Shown: positions 29,846 through 43,447 of the stretch, one piece after another
How positions within the stretch are numbered: the first letter of the stretch is position 1
How the letters are laid out: each line of letters begins with the position of its first letter
Source of the DNA: Eledone cirrhosa
Taxonomy: Eukaryota
Length of the DNA: 64,000 nucleotides
Assembly: GCA_964016885.1 (NCBI GenBank)
Contig: OZ024745.1
Coordinates: forward strand, 133,300,001 to 133,364,000
Direction of reading: 5' to 3'
Notes under the pieces: generated by a model
What the model was told of the DNA's origin: nothing
The model's input: the letters and a program-made list of their open reading frames with translations, nothing else
The model's database searches: none
Translations under genes and position numbers: made by a program

Positions 29846-30041
29846 ACATGATTACTAATAATATATGTTGAACTGAAACTTTAATTTCTTTCTCAATATA
29901 AACACTCTTCATGTTACAACAATAACAATCAGATGTCACACATTTAACACTGGACAACAGATTAAAGTGTAACAGGTGTATCGCCTCTAATTAGTATTAC
30001 TCACAGGCTGAAATCATACACACACACATACACACACACAC

Positions 30042-30101
<60 letters not shown>

Positions 30102-32411
30102 GTGTGTATACGTTCAACATTTGATGATATTGTCGATAATGTCGATGTCGACGTGATTTTAACTACAAAGGCAATAGCGAAAATATCATAAACGATCACT
30201 CTCGGGTTTCTTTATTTTATACATCAACACTAGAAGTGTCAGATTTCAAAATATTTGCACGTATCGTTACGACGGCCACACGAATAATAATTTCATATTC
30301 TGAACGCAATTTCTTGATCGAATATATAGAGAAATTGAAGATTTTCCTGAATTGAATTATGAAAGTTCTGTAAATTACTTGCAGCACTAACAAATTCTGG
30401 ATAATTATATCAACAGACATCGTCAAATTCATATAGTCCTTTCCCTTATCCAGCCGTTGATGTGTGTGGCAAGTTGTATGAATTCTCTGTGAATTGTAGG
30501 TGTTGTAGTTTGAAAACGCTGATACTGTGTTGATCTACGGTCCCAGAGTTTCGACCGTTTGTAATCAGTTGCAAGTATTGAGCTGCCTATAAGCGAAACA
30601 CTGCTCCGACCTAGGTACACAGTCTGTTACCCACTCCCCTTTCCTTTTCTTTCGTCCTTTTTCTAGTACTCCTGGCTCTTCCACTCATTTTCCTCTCATT
30701 TATGGCATTTATAGTCCAATACCGCATTATTTTTCGGTATTTTAACCAAATTTATATACTGCTGATACGGAATTACTAATATAATCCTATATACCTAATT
30801 ATATAAGGACAGGAAGATATGTGACTAAGCTTTGTTAAGTTCAACTCATTTTAAGAGATGGTCCGTTTAAACTCAGTTGCTCTTCATTACATGAGGGATA
30901 TGGGTGTCGAGACATGGCATTCGCATGGATTTTCAAGCAAATACACTTGACGCTGTTAACTGTTGTTCATTGTACTGCATGTTTTCCAGTACATGGGTGA
31001 CGGGAGGAGAAGAGACATGTGAAACTATAATGCCTGAGCGTTAGTAAAGCGGAACCTTTGAAATCGGAAACGCAGCGACAGAAAAGACAGATATACGAGA
31101 CAACAATAATTCTGTGAGTCAGCAACACATTGAAAGGTATTTGAACAAGAATCCTTTTCAGTATTCATCTGAACTTTGTAGAGGATCATTATATTTTTGG
31201 TGCTGATGTATTTTCTGGCTCTGAAGAGGGTTATACCCTTTCTTACATTAAGGATGAGTATTCGTTAAGAAAGATACCCCTCAGAAATAGTGAGGCCTAA
31301 CATTTGAAGCAAACACAAGAGATTTATTTTATTGTTTAATTTTAAATTCTGTTATTACGATTATGTTTTTATGATATCTATTATATGTTGAAAGACTCAA
31401 GAATGGCATGAATAATATGACCACATTTAAGGTATATATTGATGGAGCCGATGCAGGTTTAGCAAGAGGTGTTTAAGTCATAGGTGAATAGAGCGTTGGT
31501 TGAATATGAGCATCGTTAAAGATATTAGGCAAAAGCATTGATATGAAGGAGAAAGAAAATGTGTTACGGGAATGTATCTGAAACGGCACCGGATTTGAGA
31601 GGGTGTGGGAGAGTGAGGACTTTATTGCTGACATTGAGGTGAGAGAACTGAGTTACAAAAACACTATAATCTATGTATGCTTAGAGCACAAGAGTAGCAA
31701 GAGAAATAAATGATTTTAGCCCCACATGAACATACAGAAGGAGATACACTAGAAAAACTTATTTTTATCTTACATTAGCGAACTTATAAAACGTTCTTGA
31801 GCATGAGAGAAAAACGTTATAAACGAGAAAATGTCTTTAGCAGCAACCATGTCAAACTATTATGGTATATGAAATTTGGAACAGATAGGTAAACGGAACA
31901 TTCTCGTCATAACATTGTCATAATCTATAAAAACGAAGCTGTGTGTTGATCAATCAATATTGCTTTTTTGTTTGATACAAGAGTAGTATATAGAAAATAG
32001 AAGAATACCGAAACCTTAAATACGGAAATCTACAAATCTGGAATATCCGTAAATTATTAAATTATTATCCTGTCATTTGTAATAGTGGGGATAGTAGCAA
32101 GAAGCTTGAATTATTGAGTGAACATGTTGATATAGAAGTGCATTTCTAGAGACTCTAAAGATGGATCCATTGCTTGACATAGCAATAGGAGAGCTGTTAT
32201 ATAGATAAAGAATCGGGTTCAATCTTACTCCAATGTCAGCAGAAGAACACTGAATTGTGGAGGAAAAAGAAATAATTATGACAATAATATCAACGAACAA
32301 ATTAATGTAATAGTTAGGGATAATAATTATAATTGTTTTTCTTGATCTATTTGCGGCTTTGGAAGGGCATATCGGTTTCCACTCGGTTTATATACTGTTT
32401 TTGCCGCAGAT

Positions 32412-32900
32412 ATACGAGGTGCCTTCAGAAGGTTCGTGGAAAAAGTACATAGGTAAAATTCATATGCAGAGATTTTTATCTCAATGCACTTGTACGTTCT
32501 CATACTAACGTGTGATAAGATGCTCCAACATGAACCCTTAAATGCATGTTGCAACGTATCACCACCAGTCTGAATTCAGCACCCACTGAATCATCAAATT
32601 CATGGTGGAGCTAGGGTGGAAGAGCAGCAAAATCATTGACTCTCTGGAGCAAGTTTATGGGGACAATACCCGAAATAAATCAACAAGCAACAAATGGATT
32701 TGTCGTTTTAGATGTGGATGAGATAAGATTGAAGATGCAGAAAAAGCTGCTTTGGCATGGTTTAAACTGCATGGCCCTCAGTTTGTTATAGATGGATTTA
32801 AAGGCTGGTATCAAAGCTTGCAGAAGTGCATTGACCTACACGGAGCATATGTTGAAACATAGACATCATAAGCTGTCCTTTTTCCACGAACATTTTTCAG
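32412..32900 (+). mobile_element. mariner transposon remnant (internally deleted)
   Basis: TACGAGG..gttcgtggaaaaa left TIR, tttttccacgaac right TIR part; C-terminal WF...IDGFKGWYQSLQKCIDLHGAYVE. Confidence 0.8.
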
Positions 32901-32924
32901 AGATTAAAAACATTTTACTATCAA

Positions 32925-33630
32925 TAAGGTGATAGAGCGAATCATCAGAAAGAAACTGATCACTTTCCTCGAGGGAAATGACCGCTTAACTAGCACGCAG
33001 CATGGTTTTCTCCCAGGAAGAAGCTGTCTTACACAGCTGCTCATCACTATGTTTGGGTACTGAAACAGCTGCTAGACAGCGCACGTGTGGACGTGATATA
33101 TCTTGACTTTGCGAAGGCTTTTGACAAGGTCGACCACGGAATAATATGTCACAAACTACACAGACTCGGTATAACTGGTAAAGTAGGTGAGTGGCTGCAT
33201 GATTTCTTAAAAGACAGAAGCCATACAGTTGCAGCTAATGGGGCCCTCTTAAAGGAAATATCAATAACAAGTGGGGTGCCCCAGGGAACAGTCTCGGGAC
33301 CACTACTGTTTCTGGTGGCTTTCTCTCTCAGACATGCCCTCTGTACTACATACAAATCTCTCACTAGCTATGCTGATGACACAAAGGTAGCACAGGTGAT
33401 CAAGAACCAGGCTGATGCTACACTTTTACATGGTCTGGATTCCATATACAAATGGGCTGGGGACAACATGCATTTAATACTGTAAAATTGCAAGCTCTAC
33501 AATATCAACCTGCTAATGCAAGGACAGTACAACATAGCTACACTGGACCAGGAGAGATCGAAATCCCCGTCTCGAAATCGATACGAGACCTAGGGATAGA
33601 CATGAGCGACGGTGCATCTTTTTCTTCACA
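32925..33630 (+). mobile_element. CR1-like LINE RT fragment
   Basis: QHGFLPGRSCLTQL, VDVIYLDFAKAFDKVDH, SGVPQGTV.GPLLF, YADDTK, RDLGI. Confidence 0.92.
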
Positions 33631-34363
33631 CCGAATCAGTATATACTTGTTGGTAATTATACACTTATCAATCTATATCATAGCATTAACATCTAAAAGA
33701 TGTTGAAAATGTACTTGGAGTCATTAAGTTGTAATTATATTAATTAACGGGTTTCACAATTTCCTGAGCTGAGGAAACATTAGAGCTATGCCGTAAATTG
33801 AGAGAGAAAGAGAAGGAATGAGATCGGTGGGAGAAATTTAGAGAGATAATGTGTGGGGCAGAGTGTGAGAGTGACCCGGAGAGAGAGAGAGTGAAAGAGA
33901 GAGAAAGAGAGAGAGCAACCAGGGGGTGAACGGAAGATTATGATAAATAGAGACAGGGCAAAGACAGCTATAGATATATATAAAGTGTGGTCTGTGCTGT
34001 AATAAAGGGTGGAAGTATTGAGGAGAGAATACTTCCCTAAGACGAAAACATCGCCTTATCATGATTACAATTTCAGGCGTCGAAGTCATTATCACCCGAA
34101 ACAAAATAAGATTATTCAAATATTATTCTGATCGATATTTACCAATGATTTGGCAGCAGAAATGTTTGATATTCAAACTTGGCATGAAATGAATGAGTTC
34201 CAAAATCGATGGTATCTTCTTGATAAAAGAAATCTCACTTCTTTCTAGATATCTAGTCATATTTGTTGGCTGTTCTGTTATACCCGTTTAACCTTTGACA
34301 CAAATCATTACAGGCTAACAGATCTATCCTGTGTTGACAGAAAGATTGGAACGACGGAAAAAT

Positions 34364-34679
34364 GATCTCACATGCAGTGCTGTCTCTGTCTAGACTCTGT
34401 CCAAGATCTCACATGCAGTGCTGTTTCTGTCTAGACTCTGTCCAAGATCTCACATGCAGTGCTGTCTCTGTCTAGACTCTGTCCAAGATCTCACATGTAG
34501 TGCTGTCTCTGTCTAGATTCTGTCCAAGATCTCACATGCAGTGCTGTCTCTGTCTAGACTCTGTCCAAGATCTCACATGCAGTGTTGTCTCTGTCTAGAC
34601 TCTGTCCAAGATCTCACATGCAGTGCTGTGTCTGTCTAGACTCTGTCCAAGATCTCACATGCAGTGTTGTCTCTGTCTA
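34364..34679. repeat. 41-bp minisatellite, about 7.7 copies
   Basis: Unit gatctcacatgcagtgctgtctctgtctagactctgtccaa, head-to-tail, few substitutions. Confidence 0.95.
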
Positions 34680-35935
34680 AATGGTGCAGCCTTTCGTCTC
34701 CAGTTCCCACATTCACCGATGTGTAAATTACCTAACATTGAATTTAGAATTTATGGAATTATCTTCAACCCTTCAATTTACCACCCGTAGCTGAAGCAGA
34801 TGAAACGAAATCGGTATATGTGTTACCTGGCAATATTTTCTGTAATTATACTTATGGCTGAAGTATTGAATTTAATTTGTTTTACATGTATTGTATTAAC
34901 GTGTCTTTTAGATTACGGATTAAATAGCGATAAACCTAATTCATGAAGTTGGAACCAATGCTGGCTAGTTAAGTAAATGATAATGATTGTTTATGTTTAA
35001 TAAGAAGGGGAATCGCCGCCGTAATAACAGCTTACGGAACACCTGAATATGGTAAGCAGTTAACATCAGACAGAAGGCTTGATACAAATCCATGTAGTTA
35101 GTGTACTCGTCAAGGACTAAGATAAAAACTACCACCGAGCTTCAATTACAATGTTTTCAAATATGAGATCTTGAGAATAACCTGTTTAATTTCAGATTCG
35201 ATAAAATTCGGAGCAGCTGGAGTTTGTGATCGTCTCAATTCCACATTTCTGCATTTTCAGTTGAAATCTATTTAACAAAATGTTTGTTTAAATTCACAAA
35301 TACTTTGCAGAAAAGTATTTTTGTGATTCTCTACTCAAGAACTTTTGAAAGGCCTAAGCATATGTAATTCCCAACTCTTTGAAAAGCACTTATCAATTCG
35401 GTAACTATTTTCAGGTCACTTGAGAATACAAAGGTATAAAAATTAGACTTGCAATTATTCCAGTCACAATCCAGTTGCTATATTATTTTATGTCTCTCAA
35501 GCATCCTCATTGCTTTTTAAAATTACTCACAAATCGATAACTCTTTTATTCGTTTTCATTTTCTGTGTTCCCTTACGATGATATTTTTTCTGGTTACATT
35601 TCAATGTCTAATGTTAGTGTTAGCAAAGGATAAACGTGTGAAAGCGATATAGAAACTTGCTTCAATGATAAGCTGTGATGTATATGGATATCAGTCCTCA
35701 TACGAATGTAACAAATACAAGCATTAATAAATGATAGGCACGTGACATTATGTATAACAATGAATTTACGTTACTCTTCTGCAAGATTCAGAAAAGAATA
35801 GAAAAATATGAAATATTCATAGATCAAATATAAAATCCAGATTTAATTTTAAGTAGACCGATTTGGAATGGATCTACGTAGGATTTCTGTACATTAAATG
35901 ATATATATACGTATATTTATATATATATATATGGA

Positions 35936-36025
<90 letters not shown>

Positions 36026-36416
36026 TTAACAGTGGTGTCATTCACATATAAATCGCGTGAATCAAGCATTCTATCATTCTCTCGTTGAAATCCATATCAT
36101 GACCAAACAGGATTGAAGATTTATCATTCATAATCAGCTGCTATCACAAGCTAACAACTGTAAATGTGAACATTCTCACCTGTTAGCGAATAATGCATTT
36201 TGTGAGTAATAAAAGGTACGTGTGAAATCAATATGATTAGATGGGACAATAGAAACTGAATGATACAAGATCGAAGAAGATTGCTATGATACTAATAATA
36301 ATATTACATGAAGGAATAATAACCTCATTTAGGGATTCATGGAAAGCACGATATTCACATATTTATCTCGTACTACTTCCTCCTTCTCTCTCTATTTCTC
36401 TCTCTCTCTCTTTCTA

Positions 36417-36489
<73 letters not shown>

Positions 36490-36649
36490 AATGAGTTATT
36501 TGGTTTGTCGATTATTCTTTTTTTCTTTTTACAACAAACTAGAAGCACTCAACTGTTTTTTTACACTTGCCCATGAAATACGTATAATAAAATAAATATG
36601 GTTTTATAAAGATATTTTCCATTTGTTAATATTATTGATAGATAGATAA

Positions 36650-36745
36650 ATATATTATTATATTTTGGGAGGATCATGTTGCCAATATTTATTTCAACAC
36701 ACGTTTTCAGATAAGAAATCTCGCAAAACATATTCAAAGGCGAAT
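36650..36745 (+). mobile_element. family E miniature (short inverted arm + tail)
   Basis: Arm matches 40897-40932; tail tttcaacacacg.tttcagat matches the reverse complement of 40842-40896. Confidence 0.65.
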
Positions 36746-36756
36746 TATATATATAT

Positions 36757-37103
36757 AGGGAAAAAAGATGAAATCGAAAATGCAACTGGAGTCTTATTTA
36801 AAAATATATATATATATATATTTGGTTCCTTTACCAGTTTCGCAGTTCTTCTGCTTTTCAAAAGTAGAGTTGAGATGGACGTCTGTGGTTTTTCTTACAG
36901 ATGTGAGAAAAACCACAGACCCTCCATCTCAACTCTACTTTTGAAAAGCAGAAAAACTGCGAAACTGGTAAAGGAACCAAATATAGATATATATTTTTTT
37001 TAAAATAAGAATCCAGTTGCATTTTCGATTTCATCTTTTATCCTTATACTTTCACTCGTGTAGGACACCTCGGTAATTTTTCATTTTGTAAAAAAACACA
37101 CAC

Positions 37104-37110
<7 letters not shown>
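36757..37110 (+). mobile_element. hairpin + tail miniature of the PLE at 1624-5807 (family B)
   Basis: Arms match 1624-1772 and 5593-5745; tail matches 5746-5807; HHR-like motif on both arms; (TA)n flanks. Confidence 0.93.
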
Positions 37111-37161
<51 letters not shown>

Positions 37162-37663
37162 TGATCAGAGACACACACTGTATTATGTGACGCAACTGCG
37201 AGGGATTAGCGGCCTTTAGATTCATCTGATCAATGAAAGAATTGCTAATACTGTAAATAAAACCCCTTTTGTACAGCCAAACTTGTTATTCTTCACTCTT
37301 TCTCTACTATGTCTATATATATATATATATATATAGGAAAAGGGAAAAAATACAGTAGAAAATGGTAGAGGGTTTTTTTCAGTATAACATCAAAATATTT
37401 ATTTACAAAATAGGGATTTCAGCATTTAACGGTATACCGGTTTTAGCTTTATATGCTTTTCAACGACGAAAGTGCATATTTATACGAATTGCATATTTAT
37501 ACGAATAATACCAAAATGGAGAAAAAAAATCTTTAGTTTTTACATACATATTTAGAGAGGGGAGTTCATTTTTTGTCCATAGTTTTGTTAGAGTTGACCA
37601 ACAAAGGTGGTAGCAGTTTAAATTGTTGGCTTCGACTGAGTTCCTTAGTTTCTGATTCTTCAA

Positions 37664-37720
<57 letters not shown>

Positions 37721-37934
37721 GATAACCAAATCCGTTCCTCAGTTGAAATCATTTAGTTCTATAACCATTTCGATTAATACAGACATAATACCAATAGAAT
37801 GAATTAATTTACGACTTACATATAAATATGGAGTTCTCCGAATTGTCTTTGGAGTCCTCGATAAAGCGCATGGCTCGGAGATCAGAGAGTCACTCCAGGT
37901 AGAGCCGCTACTTTTCCAAATTAAGAGATAACAG

Positions 37935-38175
37935 CTCACATGCTATGGACGTGTGGTTAGAATATCTCAGGAAAGAATCGCTAGACAGATTTTATGGGCA
38001 AAACCAACAGACAGGGAATCCAAGGGTAGACCCCGAGCAACATGTTGGATAACGTCCATGAGTTTGACTGGTATCGCTTGGTAATCCAGCCAGGTCTGTT
38101 GGAGACGGGTACTGCTGACATGAACCCGCTGGTAGGAGTGTTTGATGACCCCGCCCCCACGATCCTCTGAGGAAT
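37935..38175 (+). mobile_element. RTE LINE 3' end with (TAA)n tail
   Basis: YGRVVRISQERIARQILWAKP...KGRPR; decayed. Confidence 0.7.
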
Positions 38176-38199
38176 AATAATAATAATAATAATAATAAT

Positions 38200-38410
38200 G
38201 GTTTCTTATAGGCACAAGGCCAGCAATTTGGGGAGAGGGGAAAGTCGATTTAATTGACCCCAGTACGTGACTGGTACTTTATTTTATCGGCCCCATAAGG
38301 ATGAAAGGCAAGTTAACCTCGGCGGGATTTGAACTCACACCATAAAGGGGCGAAACCCTATGCTGAAAAGCATGGCGTCCGACCCTCCACAGATACTGCC
38401 AATCCACCGT
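38200..38410 (-). mobile_element. tRNA-derived SINE
   Basis: Reverse complement of the 23647 family. Confidence 0.88.
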
Positions 38411-38789
38411 CTTCAATACTGCCAATCCACCACCCTAATAATAATAAGAAGAAAAAGAAGGTATCAACATTTCTCATAATCACATAAAAACATTGATTGA
38501 TTAGGTGAGTCTTGTTATCCCATTCTGTTATAAGAAGAGTTGAAAGAGCGAAATATAAGATAAGGAAAAGAAAGGGCAAACTATGTGAGTTGTGCGGTGA
38601 AACACGGCACATATGTTTCAGCATTGTTTAGGGAGTAAATATTGTGAGACAGAAATTAAACAGAACATAAATTCCTATATAAATTATGTCTATGGATAAA
38701 TGTCATATTTTTTTGGCATGTTTTGCAATATTGTCCTAGATTCTATACACATGTTTTCCTGTGAGATTATGAGAAAACTTTACACCATA

Positions 38790-39035
38790 TAATAATAATG
38801 AAATTATTGTATACAGTGCTCAGGTGCACTACAACTCATCAAAGGTGCATGTATAGTATATAGAATAATATACAAATGGCATGATATACATGTGTGCGTA
38901 TGTATGGAGGGGGAATATTAGGTGTAGTGTTGGCGAATCTCAGGAAGCATGGAGGTTTTAATCGATGCAGAGTCTCGACAGCTAACAACTGATGCAGGGA
39001 GTTTGTTCCATGCTTCAGAAACTCTGAGCGTGAAA
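38790..39035 (-). mobile_element. CR1-like LINE 3' end
   Basis: FTLRVSEAWNKLPASVV motif followed by 3' UTR. Confidence 0.7.
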
Positions 39036-39365
39036 ATATGTATATATAATTAAGTAATGACTTTAAATTATTAATTTCTGTTTAAATGTTCTTGCATATC
39101 TCAATCTATAGAATTCCCATGAATGAAATCAGATACTATTTTAATCAACGCTCCATTATAAATTCCTTTAGTTTTCATTTGCCAAAATTATCGCGTAGAG
39201 TTTTTTTTATTTTTATTATTATTCTAATTGTTGCGATAGCAAACATCAGTCAAGATAATTTGCTGCTACATTTGTAATAAGGAAATCACTTTAAAACGAA
39301 CACAGAATTCATCAAACATAGAATATTCAATGCCAAATTTCAAGATAGAATATATATTGAAAATA

Positions 39366-39551
39366 ATTGTTTCTACATTTGGTATAAGGCCAGCAATCAC
39401 CCAGTACATTACTGGTACCTTATTTAATCTACCACATAAGGATGAAAGGCAAAGTTAACCTCGGCGGGATTTGAAATCAGACCATAAAGGGCCGTAACTC
39501 TTTGCTGCTAAGCATGGCGCCCGACCCTCTACCGATACTGGCAATCCACCA
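39366..39551 (-). mobile_element. tRNA-derived SINE with target-site duplication
   Basis: Family match; atatattgaaaataat on both sides. Confidence 0.88.
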
Positions 39552-40160
39552 CCATATATTGAAAATAATACAAGACACAATCATGCAAAAAGCCAAGATG
39601 AAGCTGGCGTATACAATTATCTAAAATATGTCAAACAATTAGTAATCCATTCATATATTTTTTTAATAGTCTCCTATAGGTAAAACATGTCTACATTTTA
39701 TTTGATTAATGTTTTCTTCTTGCGTTTAATGTTATTTCCTTTTCCAAGTAAGATTGTAAATTATTTAAATGAGACAATATGTATAATTATAAAAATTATT
39801 TAATATCGAATTTAATTTTAATTAATTGATCTTCCAGAAATATGCATTAATATGGGCATACAATTATGTACGTTTGCTTCTTCGGTAAATAGAAATTATT
39901 GTGTTTGCAAAGAAAGACAAAATAAGAATTATATAAACCCATGTAATGTACAACTGATTATATCTTATGTCTCTTTCCTCTTCATCTTCTTTTTCTTCTT
40001 CCTCTAAGTCCGCACCTTCTTCACCTTCTTAATTGTTGCTTAATTATTCCTAACAGGGTCATAGCAGTGGAGTGTTGAAGCACGCCTCCAGTATATTGGA
40101 CAATTTGTGAAGTCCTTGGTATATTTGGTATATTTGGTATATTTGGTATGTTTGAAAAAT

Positions 40161-40442
40161 GGAAAAGAATGACAACACTTGTTCTAAATAATTTAATTTT
40201 ATCATATTATAATTTTACAATTTCGTTTTGTAGATCTAGAAAGTTATTTGTTAACTTTGGTGGGGAGAACTTTCTCGTATTCGCCACCGACGAATGCGAG
40301 AAAGTTCTCCAGGAAAGTTAACCAGGAATCTTTAAAAATTGTCCCCACTGAAGCTAACAAAGAACTTACTAGATCTACAAAACCGAATCATAATATTATG
40401 AAAATTAAATTGTTTAGAACTACAAGTCAAGTCATTCTTTTC

Positions 40443-40443
<1 letters not shown>
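40161..40443. repeat. older imperfect fold-back element (family G) with inner hairpin
   Basis: 40161-40270 inverted relative to about 40337-40443; inner ggagaactttctcg/cgagaaagttctcc; abuts (TA)n. Confidence 0.75.
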
Positions 40444-40484
<41 letters not shown>

Positions 40485-40485
<1 letters not shown>

Positions 40486-40817
40486 AATAACAGGAGGCTG
40501 GACTGGTGTAAATCCTTGAAAGGTTTATTATACTATGATCATTTCAATGACCGGGTTCCATATGAATCGGGTGATATCACCGGATTCTTATTTAACCCGG
40601 TCATTGAAATGATCATAGTATAATAAACCTTTCAAGGATTTACACCAGTCCAGCCTCCTGCTATTTTTATTTATAATTAACTCCGTATTCGCACCACCAA
40701 CTACGCAAACGAAGACGGGTGAACTGCACTACGTTGAGTACTCTCCACAATATTACACCAAGATTGACCATACAGAATGACTAATTCTATCCAGTGCTGA
40801 ACTAACAAACCTAAAGA
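40485..40817 (+). mobile_element. hairpin + tail element, family D
   Basis: Arms of about 90 bp centred on gtgatatcac (40576/7); tail of about 150 nt; GAAA-TGATCA-TA at 40606-40617; (TA)n flanks. Confidence 0.85.
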
Positions 40818-40841
40818 TATATATATATATATATATATATA

Positions 40842-41385
40842 TCGTTTCTGAATTTGTTTAGCAAGATTCTTCATCTGAAATCGTGTGTTGAAACCGATAT
40901 TGTTATACTTTGGTAGGGTCTTGTTGCCAATAAGAAACCAAAATTAAATAGAAAATATGAGTGGAACAGCAACATCACAACTTACAATTAAAAACAAAAT
41001 GAAAACACACACACACATAGAACAAACAACCAACCTGTAACATGTAAATAAACAAATAAATAAATGAACATAAACACACATAGACACCCGAATGTGGCGC
41101 ATGCGCAGACTGAGCACACAACACACACACAGAAACAAAATGGCGTAGGACAGAACAAAGGAGAGGCACAGAAACAAAGAAAGGAATCCCCAGTCACTGA
41201 AGAGGTCACAGAGTGTGTGACGAAGGAGCTATGACTATATATAAACAACTATCTGGTTGTGGAACCAACCAACCAACCAGAAATTTATAAATTTATAAAT
41301 TTATAAATTTATAAATATATAATAAATTGAAGTGAAGCAACTGGTGCGTGTGTTTCTTATTGGCAACATGACCCTCCCAAAGTAT

Positions 41386-41392
<7 letters not shown>
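40842..41392. mobile_element. family E element: short tailed copy (minus) fused to a long tail-less copy (plus)
   Basis: 40897-40938 inverted relative to 41352-41392; HHR-like agtca-CTGAAGA-ggtcaca..tgtgac-GAA..tgact at 41192-41236. Confidence 0.75.
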
Positions 41393-41439
<47 letters not shown>

Positions 41440-41442
<3 letters not shown>

Positions 41443-41662
41443 AGAAAGTATGATCCCGACGGCAGAGCTCAAGCCGTTTCGACGGCTATTTCTTGACTAA
41501 AGTAAGAGTTTACTTTAGTCCAGAAATATCCGTCGAAACGGCTTGAGCTCTGCCGTCGGGCGTCATACTTTCTCATATTGCCCACTCTACTACCCTAATT
41601 ATTGAGTACTCTGGTGCGCTATGGTCCATATGGTTCCTGGTTCCTTACCACAACTCCTTCGT

Positions 41663-41663
<1 letters not shown>
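41440..41663 (+). mobile_element. hairpin + tail element, family A
   Basis: Same arms and tail; arms extend further into gactaaagta/tactttagtc. Confidence 0.88.
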
Positions 41664-41730
<67 letters not shown>

Positions 41731-42246
41731 TATACTCTGCTCTGCGTGAGAATCGAGTGGTCAACTGGCATACGACATATGGACGCATTTTCCGGCAACC
41801 CTACAACAACTATATATATATGTATATATGTACGTTGGCATGAATATATACGTTAGCACGTGTGTATGCGTTTATGTATGTATGTGTGTATGTATGTATT
41901 CATGAAACATTTACATCAATTCCATTAATGTAAACGAACTCAATGTAAATGCAATCAATCTACACCCACCTCCACGTCGCAGCAGTCATTTACCGAAAAT
42001 GTCATAAAGTGAAGTAACTGGCCCATCCAAACCCCACTGAAACACTCTCACCATAATATCAACTAACCTACACTACAGACGGTTTTGCATAGGACTAAAG
42101 TCTTTAGATTGCTGTCGAGTATAACGTGGCTTTTACTTATCAGGAGCGATTAAACCACAACGAGTATTGCCCCCACAAATAATGGTTACAATTAGAAGAA
42201 TAACGTTTCGCCCATGCAACCCTCACCATCCCGCTTATAGAGACAC

Positions 42247-42350
42247 ACCGGGATAAACTGCACAAGAACCAGTACTGGTCATACCGAGATAAACTGCACA
42301 AGAACCAGTACTGGTCATACCGAGATAAACTGCACAAGAACCAGTACTGA
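42247..42350. repeat. 36-bp tandem repeat, about 3 copies
   Basis: Unit accgagataaactgcacaagaaccagtactggtcat. Confidence 0.9.
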
Positions 42351-43168
42351 TCACACTGACACCTTTAGTCATCCACTCACATATTGCAAATCCTATCCCA
42401 CTTAATAAACCGATAAACCTGAATAAATTACATGCCATCAAATCATAACTCCACCCAATCATTTAATCAAACTCCCACAAAATCTGACCATTAACTTAAG
42501 CAACAAAAGGCTGAATGATTTTACTGCAGGATCAATAATTAAATAATCAAATTACAACTGAATAGAAATATACAGTAAACAATAGCGAAAGGAATCCATC
42601 AGAACGCTAACTACACATCTAAACAGACGATCCTAAACAAAGCACAAAATAAGGAAAATCCACTCAGCGAGAAACAATGGATATTAAAGTAATACTCAAA
42701 TTAAAAAGCAATCCATACAGCATGGACCCATAAATATTAAAATAAAGCTACATTTTATATTATTATCATGCTCCTATATTAATTTCATTATTCAATATAT
42801 ATTTTACAGATATTCAAGTTTTTTTAAACATTTATAATTAACTCTTTGTAAATATGACAATTAAATTCAAAATCAATATGAATTTCATTACATGAAACAG
42901 ATAACAACGGAAAATCTCTGACGTATACAGGAATATAATTCATTGATTGTTGAAGCCAGTGGTAGTACTCAATACAGGTTGTTTATAACATTACGCTGTT
43001 ATATCTAATAACGTAGGAAGGTAGAAAATTACATAAACCTTTATATGTGAAGAGATGTGTAAGACGTTTTTAAGATCGAGAAAACCAAACGAGTATCAAC
43101 GTTCATCTACAGATTCCTAGTTATATAACGACAGCAACAGTTGACTGATAATATGACAACTCGGTCAA

Positions 43169-43447
43169 TCATATTGGTGTCCTCCCCACAGCCCCAGTGG
43201 AGAGAATGGAGAAGGCGTTTCCCCGGAGGATGACAAGGGAGACGCGCTGGAAAAGCCATTCCAACTCGCGAGGCTCCCACCTGCGGCTGGCCAGCTCAGC
43301 GCCTATGATGGTGAGTAGGGAGATAGCCCTAGGGCCGAGGACACCAGAAGTCTCCACTGCCAAGGGTATGCAAACTTGTCGGAGAGTGACCAATATCTGG
43401 AGAGTTTGACCTCCTTAGTCCGACGTGCAGCAGAACCTGTGTTAGTC
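43169..43447 (-). mobile_element. second CRE-like 3' fragment
   Basis: IPLAVETSGVLGP..LFQRVSLVILRGNAFSI; homologous to about 24670-24935. Confidence 0.85.

Noticed and set aside
30880-31300. Possible decayed GIY-YIG fragment and CTGAAGA...GAAA motif
   Set aside because: Too degenerate to support by eye; helices I and III are not convincing.
34364-34679. CRISPR-like regular repeats
   Set aside because: Units are head-to-tail with no unique spacers, there are no cas genes, and the context is eukaryotic.
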